The notes beneath the pieces are model-generated. The model searched no databases, had not been told where the DNA came from, and saw nothing but the letters and a program-made list of their open reading frames with translations. Positions 58,818 through 64,000 of a stretch of DNA of 64,000 nucleotides are shown here, piece after piece. The position numbers and the translations under genes were made by a program. Position 1 is the first letter of the stretch, and the number at the start of each line of letters is the position of its first letter. The stretch is from the NCBI GenBank assembly GCA_045123995.1, contig JBGVKY010000026.1, positions 73,600-137,599 of the forward strand, given 5' to 3'. Origin of the DNA: Clostridia bacterium (GTDB taxonomy: Bacteria; Bacillota; Clostridia; CAKSNL01; HGM11501).

Positions 58818-59168
58818 CTAATGATTGCAATGTGCTCCCGGATCAAAAAAACCCTTTAAGCTTACATTCATATCTTCATCGAAGCCGTACCTGTCGCATA
58901 AATCCTTAAGTGATTTATTGAGGCAAGTTCCTTTTTTGGCCCCTCTTTTTTCAAAATAGCTTAACATACTTAAAAACATAAGTGTTCTTGCATCATCATA
59001 AGGAGCGTCTATTTCTGTTATATAAACAGTATCATGTCTGATTTCGCAAATGCCTTTGCCTGTAAATTTTCCGTCTTCATTGACAGCGAAAAGCAACTGA
59101 CCTTCCTTAAGATCAGGATATAAACTTTTTGCTACTAAAATTTCCTCTATGGGATGTATTTTATACAC
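58818..59168 (-). CDS. Hypothetical protein (116 aa)
   Basis: ORF with coding-like composition. No motif I can name. Confidence 0.4.
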   Translation of the reverse strand: MYKIHPIEEILVAKSLYPDLKEGQLLFAVNEDGKFTGKGICEIRHDTVYITEIDAPYDDARTLMFLSMLSYFEKRGAKKGTCLNKSLKDLCDRYGFDEDMNVSLKGFFDPGAHCNH

Positions 59169-59181
59169 TCTGATGCCGCCT

Positions 59182-59904
59182 TTATCTTATATTTTTATAT
59201 TTTTTTACTTCTTTCATTTCGTTTTCATTAAATTCGCGCCATTTTCCAAGAGGGAGATTACCTATATTAAATACTCCGACAGAAACTCTTTTTAACGCCA
59301 CAACATTGCAGGTGACCGCATTAAACATCTTTTTAACCTGTCTGTTTCTTCCCTCGTGAATTTTCACCTTTATTTCTTGGATTCTGCCGTCATTTTTAAG
59401 CACAGTTATGCCTGCAGGGGAAGTCATTTTTCCGTCAATCAATACGCCGTGTCTGAGTTTTTCTGCTTTTTCTTCTGTAAATTCACCTTTTACGCGTGCG
59501 ATGTAAACCTTATCTATTTCATTTTTGGGGTGAGCAATTGCATTGGCAAAATCTCCGTCGTTTGTTAAAATCAAAAGTCCTTCCGTATCGTAATCCAATC
59601 TTCCTACAGGAAAAACTCTCTCTTTGACATCTTCTATAAGAGATGTAATATCCGCTCTGTCGAACTGGTCTTTTAAGGTGGTAACATATCCTTTTGGCTT
59701 ATTAAGAATTATATATCTTTTTTTCGTTTCTGCTCTAAGCTTTCGTCCATCTAACAAAACCGTGTCTTTATATTCGTCGACAGACATCCCCATTTCTATT
59801 ATGACATGACCATTTACTGTTACTCTTCCGGAAGCTATTATTTCTTCTGCTTTTCTTCTGGAAGCTACGCCGCAAAGCGCCAAATACTTTTGTAATCTTA
59901 TCAT
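59182..59904 (-). CDS. rluB: Pseudouridine synthase, RsuA/RluB family (S4 domain plus catalytic domain)
   Basis: N-terminal S4 (LQKYLALCGVASRRKAEE) and catalytic GRLDYDTEGL. Confidence 0.85.
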   Translation of the reverse strand: MIRLQKYLALCGVASRRKAEEIIASGRVTVNGHVIIEMGMSVDEYKDTVLLDGRKLRAETKKRYIILNKPKGYVTTLKDQFDRADITSLIEDVKERVFPVGRLDYDTEGLLILTNDGDFANAIAHPKNEIDKVYIARVKGEFTEEKAEKLRHGVLIDGKMTSPAGITVLKNDGRIQEIKVKIHEGRNRQVKKMFNAVTCNVVALKRVSVGVFNIGNLPLGKWREFNENEMKEVKKYKNIR

Positions 59905-59909
59905 TATTC

Positions 59910-61037
59910 CTACCTCACCAAATTAAGTAAAGTAATAAGCGTTTTTTTGAACAATTCCTTAAGTATGTAGGATTTTTTATCCAATTCCGCCTGATTTAAG
60001 GCTTTGAGCGGTACGCTCTTGCATAATTCACCGTTAAAATAAACATTTGCGAAACCGAGAGTTTCATCTTTTATGACAGGAGCTTTTATATTTCCATTCA
60101 TAGAATATTCTACGAAAAAATTATCGGACGTTAAAAATCTTCTTACTTCAACTCGTTCATCTACACCGAAAGAAACCTTCTTAGTACTTCCTATAACTTC
60201 TATTTCCCCTAAAGAAATACCGTCATTTAAAAGAACTTCCTTTTTAGGAGGATTTCCAAAAGCGAAATCCAACAATTTCGTATGGTCGTTCCAATCGTCG
60301 GGAGCATTTAATGTTACGGCAATTACTTCCCATCCGTCTCTTTTTGCCGAAGATACCAGGCATCTGCCGGATTTTTTTGTAAATCCGGTCTTTATACCTG
60401 TTGCTCCGGGATACATATCCAAAAGCTTATTGTGATTAACCAGGGTTCTGTCCCACTCTTCCCCCTCCCAGGGGATTGTCGTTTTAGTGCAGGATACTAT
60501 TTCTCTGAATATTTCGGATTTCATGGCGTATGCAGAAATCTTTGCCAGATCATAGGCTGTAGTATAATGAAAATCATCATCTAAACCGTTTGTTGTTGCA
60601 CAGTTAGTGTTATTGGCTCCTGCTAAAGATGCCGTATGATTCATCATCTTAAGAAAATCATCACTGTTCCCCGCAATATGCTCGGCTATAGCAACAGCAG
60701 CATCATTTCCGGACTCCAACATCAGAGCATATAAAAGCTGAGATAGTGTAAGCTGTTCCCCTGCTTCCAACCATACAGATGAGCCTTCAGTGTTGGATGC
60801 ATTTTCAGAAACAGTTACAACATCAGAAAGGGTTCCGTTTTCAATGGCTGTTATAGCCGTAATAATCTTTGTGGTACTGGCCATTGGAAGTTTTTCATAT
60901 GCGTTTTTTTCGAATATAATTCTTCCCGTATCAGCATCGATAACCACCGCCGCTTTTGCAGAAACAGAAACGGCGGAAGTATTTATCGGAGTAATTAAAA
61001 AGATTATTAAAAAGATGAAAAAGATTTTTTTGTGCAC
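59910..61037 (-). CDS. dacB: Serine-type D-alanyl-D-alanine carboxypeptidase (low-molecular-weight PBP, DacB-like)
   Basis: Signal peptide, active-site SxxK (ASTTKI), SGN and KTG motifs. Confidence 0.8.
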   Translation of the reverse strand: MHKKIFFIFLIIFLITPINTSAVSVSAKAAVVIDADTGRIIFEKNAYEKLPMASTTKIITAITAIENGTLSDVVTVSENASNTEGSSVWLEAGEQLTLSQLLYALMLESGNDAAVAIAEHIAGNSDDFLKMMNHTASLAGANNTNCATTNGLDDDFHYTTAYDLAKISAYAMKSEIFREIVSCTKTTIPWEGEEWDRTLVNHNKLLDMYPGATGIKTGFTKKSGRCLVSSAKRDGWEVIAVTLNAPDDWNDHTKLLDFAFGNPPKKEVLLNDGISLGEIEVIGSTKKVSFGVDERVEVRRFLTSDNFFVEYSMNGNIKAPVIKDETLGFANVYFNGELCKSVPLKALNQAELDKKSYILKELFKKTLITLLNLVR

Positions 61038-61096
61038 AACAAGTCACCTGCCTAAAGTATTATATGAGCAGGTAAATTGTTTATTACGACTGTTTA

Positions 61097-61510
61097 TTAT
61101 TCCGCATATTCGTTTTTCTTATTTCCCTTTTCCTTTACAATGTTGTTTACCTTGTCCACCATCTGAGGAATGAACTCAAAAAGCTTGTCAAGTGGTCCGG
61201 GATTGCCGGAATCTATAGGAAGCATTTTAATCTGGTCTGCTCCCACAACTAAAAAACCAACGGGCTTTATGGAAACGCCGGCACCGCTGCCCCCTCCAAA
61301 GGGAGAATCAGCAGTTGCAGTATTAGTCTTAACAGGAATGTCAGAACCGCCTGCTCCAAAACCGAATGCAACTTTTGAAACAGGAATTATGGTTGTTCCG
61401 TCAGGTGTCTGAACAGGCTCTCCTATAATTGTGTTAACATCAACCATTTCCTTGATGTTCTTCATAGAGGCTTCCATTAAACCTTGTATGGGATGTGTCA
61501 TAAAAATCAA
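61097..61510 (-). CDS. ytfJ: Sporulation protein YtfJ (GerW family)
   Basis: Gly-rich GFGAGG/FGGGSGAG core characteristic of YtfJ/GerW. Confidence 0.75.
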   Translation of the reverse strand: MIFMTHPIQGLMEASMKNIKEMVDVNTIIGEPVQTPDGTTIIPVSKVAFGFGAGGSDIPVKTNTATADSPFGGGSGAGVSIKPVGFLVVGADQIKMLPIDSGNPGPLDKLFEFIPQMVDKVNNIVKEKGNKKNEYAE

Positions 61511-62067
61511 TCCTTTCCTTTTAAAGCTTTTTTATAGCTTGTATAAAATTTGTAGCCAGCGAAAATAATATGTGCTAATTTTGTTTTTATTATGCTTTTG
61601 CACTCTATATTAAATACATATCTGTCTTCGAAAATTGGAGTTATATCAATTTTCGGTGGTTCCAAAGTGAATATGACAGACAAAAATCCTATAAGCTTGT
61701 ATATTTCAGAATAAGCCAAACCCACAGCCAGACCTGTAAAGGCGGCATCTTCTGTACCAAAACTCGATTTAATTTCCAATTTTTCAATTATTAAGGCTTT
61801 TTTAATTAAGTGTGATGCATTGTAAAACCCTTGTATTACTGAGAAAAATCGAGTGAAAGCGTCAAACCCGTCTTTATTTTCCTTTTCTTTTTTCTCGGTG
61901 TTTATAACGTTTTTTTCTTTTTGCTTTTTTTCTTTATTTAAGGGAATTTTAATCTTTATAAATCCGAAACTTAAAAAAGTTTCAAACAAACTTTTTTTAT
62001 AACTTATCCTTAGTTTTATAGGGATATAAAGAATTAAAACAAGCAAAAGAATAACTATCAAAATCAA
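61507..62067 (-). CDS. YtfI-like (DUF2953) sporulation-associated membrane protein
   Basis: N-terminal TM segment. Genetic linkage upstream of ytfJ with overlapping stop/start. Confidence 0.5.
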   Translation of the reverse strand: MILIVILLLVLILYIPIKLRISYKKSLFETFLSFGFIKIKIPLNKEKKQKEKNVINTEKKEKENKDGFDAFTRFFSVIQGFYNASHLIKKALIIEKLEIKSSFGTEDAAFTGLAVGLAYSEIYKLIGFLSVIFTLEPPKIDITPIFEDRYVFNIECKSIIKTKLAHIIFAGYKFYTSYKKALKGKD

Positions 62068-62091
62068 CCCTGTAATCAGATTAACACAACC

Positions 62092-62664
62092 TTATTCTTC
62101 ATCTATTTCTTCGGTCTCTATAGTAAGCTGTTCAGCTTCTTCTGTTTCAAGCTCCCTTTCAAGCTCCCCTATATCAGGAAGCTCCTTAAGACTTTCAAGC
62201 CCGAAAACTCTTAAAAATTCTTTTGTAGTGGAGTAAAGCGAGGGTCTTCCGGGAGCATCAGATACTCCTGTAGCCTCTATAAGTCCGCAACCTATAAGTC
62301 TGCTCATGGAGCTCGAACTATCTACACCTCTTATGTAATCCACCTGACTTCTTGTAACAGGTTGTTTATAGGCAACGATGGATAAAACCTCCAACGCCGC
62401 GTTGGATAAAGGTGTATTTCTTTTAGGCTCAGTAACCCTTCTCACATACTCGTAATATTCTTTTTTAGTGGTAAGCTGATAGTCGTTTTCCAGCTTTATC
62501 ACTGCAATTCCGCTTTCTTTATACTTTTCAGAAAGCTTTACGAAAAGGTTCTCAACCTCTTCTTCGGTGATTTCTAAAGATTCTGCAATTAAACTTCTTT
62601 CTACACTTTCCCCGGAAGCGAACAAAATAGCTTCAAAGGCCTTTAATTTTTCACTCTCGCCCAT
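62092..62664 (-). CDS. scpB: Segregation and condensation protein B
   Basis: Two wHTH repeats and acidic C-terminus. ILFASGESV start. Confidence 0.85.
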   Translation of the reverse strand: MGESEKLKAFEAILFASGESVERSLIAESLEITEEEVENLFVKLSEKYKESGIAVIKLENDYQLTTKKEYYEYVRRVTEPKRNTPLSNAALEVLSIVAYKQPVTRSQVDYIRGVDSSSSMSRLIGCGLIEATGVSDAPGRPSLYSTTKEFLRVFGLESLKELPDIGELERELETEEAEQLTIETEEIDEE

Positions 62665-62668
62665 AATT

Positions 62669-63391
62669 TCACCTCTTTACATCAGAAATTGTAATATCGT
62701 CTCCCTCACCCTCGAATTTAACTCGGCTCAATTTTATAAGCTCCAAAAGGGCAAGAAACGAAGCGACTCTCTCGCTTTTTGTTCCGCGGAAAATTTCCTT
62801 GTATTTAAGTTTTGTCTTTCGTTTTATGCTTTTTAATATATCTTTTACTTTCGAGAAAATACTTGCGGGTTTTTTAACCATTACGTCTTTTAAGTTTTCT
62901 TTTCCCGGAGGAAGCATCAAAGCTTTTCTTTCCGCGAGATTAAAAAGAGAGGTCAAGAGCTTTTCTTTCGGCATCTCTTTCATGGGCTTGGCCTTAAATT
63001 TTATAGGCTCTGCCAGACGGAAGAAAATATATTTCGATTCAAACTGTCTGTCCTTTATTTTTTCTGCCGTTTTCTTGAAGAGCTTGTACTCTTTTAAGCG
63101 CTGAAGCAAATCTTTTTCAGGATCATCGCCATTTTCATTTTCTTCTTCGTGCTTAGGTAACAAAAACTTGGATTTTATATATAAAAGTTCTGATGCTACG
63201 ACTAAAAATTCGCTGGAAAAATCAATATTTTCCTCCTGCCAGGAATTGATATATTCAAAATACTGGTCTGTTATTTTAGCCAAGGAAACATCTACAATGC
63301 TTAGTTTATTTTTACTTATGAGATGCAAAAGCAAATCAAGCGGTCCCTCGAATTCATCGAATTTAAATACTATATCTTTCGTTTTTGTCAC
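62669..63391 (-). CDS. scpA: Segregation and condensation protein A (kleisin)
   Basis: FEGPLDLLLHLI N-terminal motif. Confidence 0.85.
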   Translation of the reverse strand: MTKTKDIVFKFDEFEGPLDLLLHLISKNKLSIVDVSLAKITDQYFEYINSWQEENIDFSSEFLVVASELLYIKSKFLLPKHEEENENGDDPEKDLLQRLKEYKLFKKTAEKIKDRQFESKYIFFRLAEPIKFKAKPMKEMPKEKLLTSLFNLAERKALMLPPGKENLKDVMVKKPASIFSKVKDILKSIKRKTKLKYKEIFRGTKSERVASFLALLELIKLSRVKFEGEGDDITISDVKR

Positions 63392-63416
63392 CTCCCCTTT
63401 ATCTTATTAAAAGCTT

Positions 63417-64000
63417 TTATAACTCGAGGCTTAATAAATCCTCATAGCTTTCTCTTTTTACAACAAGTCTGTCTTTGCCGTCCTTTACAAAAACAATAGC
63501 AGGTCTTGGTATTCTGTTATAATTGCTTGCCATAGAATAATTATACGCCCCTGTGGCAAGAACCCCTAAGATATCACCGCTTTCAACAGGACCAATGGGA
63601 ACGTTTTCACCCAACACATCTCCTGATTCGCAGCATTTTCCACAAACTGTAACGATTTTTTCTTTAGGGAGCTCGGCTTTTTCCGGAAGTACAAACTCAT
63701 ATTTTGCTTGATACAAAGCAAATCTGGGATTGTCACTCATTCCCCCATCTACAGACACATAGGTTCTAATTCCTTTGATTTCTTTAACGCTTCCAACAGT
63801 ATAAAGAGTCATCCCAGCAGGTCCGGCTATTGATCTTCCGGGTTCGAAACCAAGGAAAATAAGCTTTTTGCCTTCTTTAATACGTCTTTCTTTTATATAT
63901 GTTAATACCGGCTTTAACACCTCGCTTAAAGGCAGAGGATTATCTTCCTGGGTGTAAATTATTCCAAATCCACCGCCCAGAACAAGATCCTTAAATTCAA
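63417..64000 (-). CDS. lysA: Diaminopimelate decarboxylase, C-terminal part (5' end outside the window)
   Basis: CGKCCESGD and GAYNYSMASNYN motifs. The frame stays open upstream of the tracked GTG to the window edge. Confidence 0.8.
   Translation of the reverse strand, partial: EFKDLVLGGGFGIIYTQEDNPLPLSEVLKPVLTYIKERRIKEGKKLIFLGFEPGRSIAGPAGMTLYTVGSVKEIKGIRTYVSVDGGMSDNPRFALYQAKYEFVLPEKAELPKEKIVTVCGKCCESGDVLGENVPIGPVESGDILGVLATGAYNYSMASNYNRIPRPAIVFVKDGKDRLVVKRESYEDLLSLEL

Overview
This is a low-GC Firmicutes chromosomal segment, most likely from a spore-forming anaerobic Clostridia, with about 63 genes on both strands. The sporulation and anaerobe calls rest on the genes seen here.

Contents, in order:
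- 3' end of a NuoF-like hydrogenase subunit plus the [FeFe]-hydrogenase catalytic subunit.
- A 112-bp tandem repeat array.
- A YtrA-like GntR, ABC ATPase and large permease module with a textbook sigma-A promoter and operator.
- A tandem-OB-fold SSB-like protein.
- A GerA-family germinant receptor operon (A, B, C) plus a translationally coupled 59-aa two-TM candidate D subunit.
- ruvX (yqgF), GNAT, MBL-fold hydrolase, a DUF2974-like hydrolase, spoIIID, a SEDS (FtsW/SpoVE) protein, MATE and AEC transporters.
- prmA, citrate synthase, rqcH.
- A P-loop ATPase co-transcribed with korDABC (2-oxoacid:ferredoxin oxidoreductase).
- A mutarotase-like protein and galT.
- An APC permease.
- The YhaO/YhaN SbcCD-like pair, an RluA synthase, a Gfo/Idh/MocA oxidoreductase.
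- serS, an ABC exporter, a 2-hydroxyacid dehydrogenase.
- A lone tyrosine recombinase next to a perfect 31-bp palindrome.
- Phosphoglucomutase, the ispH-rpsA fusion, plsC, cmk, a HutP-family protein, an HI0933-type flavoprotein, a methyltransferase, pcrA, split transketolase, a CPBP protease, rsmA.
- A five-gene Na+-pump-type biotin decarboxylase/carboxyltransferase operon.
- rluB, dacB, ytfJ/ytfI, scpB/scpA and the 3' end of lysA.

No rRNA, tRNA, CRISPR array or clear prophage is visible. Start codons were corrected by eye from RBS spacing where the ORF track used upstream alternative starts. All functional calls come from recognisable motifs and domain order read by eye, not from database searches.
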